IMG/VR virus record: IMGVR_UViG_3300017987_000070
Coordinates: 21,797-85,796 of that record
Strand: one strand, 5' to 3'
Length of the DNA stretch: 64,000 nt
DNA from: a virus
Part shown: in pieces, positions 63,510 to 64,000 of the stretch
How the letters are laid out: each line of letters begins with the position of its first letter
Position numbering within the stretch: position 1 is the first letter of the stretch
Translations under genes and position numbers: made by a program
The notes under the pieces: generated by a model
Database searches by the model: none
Told to the model about the DNA's origin: nothing
The model's input: only the letters and a program-made list of their open reading frames with translations

Positions 63510-64000
63510 AGCTCACCCGTGGTCTGGAGCTTCGCCGCCGTCACCTTGGGGAAGGCTTTCTGGAGGTGCGGGATGCGGGAAGAGGTCGTGTGTACGATTA
63601 TCCCCTCGTCCAGTACCGAGACGATCATGAACCCCTCTTCATGTAAGTGGTCGAGGAGAGCTGCCGTAAGCTCGGAGGGGGGAGAGAGGAGGTAGACTTC
63701 CTGAAACGCCTCTTCCAGCTCGTCGAAGTAGGACGAAGACTCATAGATCTTTGCCTCCTCGAAGGTAGGAGACCAGTCAGGCCAGAAGTGGTCGGCCCAG
63801 GCCTTGAGCCCTTGTAGGGTCGTCTCACTGTTCAAGGTCTCACACGGCCAGTAAAACGAGCCGTCTAGTAAGAAGGGGGTAGGACTCTCTTCAAAATTTG
63901 GGCAAACCTCACCGAACACCTCGTAGTGTTGGTCAGGATCAGCGCAAAGAGAGATCACCCAGGGTTGAAGGGTATGATGCGTAGCCGCCAGCACTTCGAG
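63506..64000 (-). CDS. Hypothetical protein, 5'-truncated by the window
   Basis: The frame runs to the window edge and is ATGA-coupled to the next gene. Confidence 0.6.
   Translation of the reverse strand, partial: LEVLAATHHTLQPWVISLCADPDQHYEVFGEVCPNFEESPTPFLLDGSFYWPCETLNSETTLQGLKAWADHFWPDWSPTFEEAKIYESSSYFDELEEAFQEVYLLSPPSELTAALLDHLHEEGFMIVSVLDEGIIVHTTSSRIPHLQKAFPKVTAAKLQTTGEL

Noticed and set aside
1-64000. tRNA, rRNA, CRISPR arrays, integrase/transposase, or genetic-code reassignment
   Set aside because: None were recognised by eye. Intergenic gaps are short, and genes read through in the standard code with TAA, TAG and TGA all used as stops. A tRNAscan-SE/Infernal run would be needed to exclude small RNAs formally.

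Overview
This window looks like part of a large (jumbo-type) myophage genome, about 58-60% GC by eye. No capsid, terminase, sheath or tube gene is present. The + strand from 1 to about 34.1 kb carries a baseplate module: hub with lytic transglycosylase, spike, a 2446-aa structural protein, and gp25-, J- and I-like wedge proteins. A SNF2 helicase sits inside this module, and a Pnkp-type phosphoesterase/Rnl1 ligase fusion follows it. A minus-strand island at 9.0-14.6 kb interrupts the module; it holds two paralogous LRR-like proteins and a DUF262/GmrSD-like gene. The - strand from 34.1 to 64 kb carries a patatin, a cluster of His-repeat and modular fibre/decoration proteins, a UvrD helicase with two inteins, two moron-like lipoprotein cassettes, a T5orf172-like protein, a P-loop polynucleotide kinase, a 2H phosphoesterase, IF-1 and dCTP deaminase. 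The best candidates for undescribed biology are: (i) a shared N-terminal leader (L/F-xx-Q/N-L-I-x-L-G-xx-H-P-x-L-xx-H-L) on otherwise unrelated proteins, possibly a virion-packaging tag; (ii) a three-member FGxLRS...PYV + LRR-like paralogue family, one member of which carries that leader; (iii) two self-contained lipoprotein cassettes with divergent Cys-containing C-termini; (iv) a split Pnkp RNA-repair kit; and (v) Shine-Dalgarno-occluding hairpins at the heads of both structural clusters. All family assignments come from motif recognition by eye. No database search was run.
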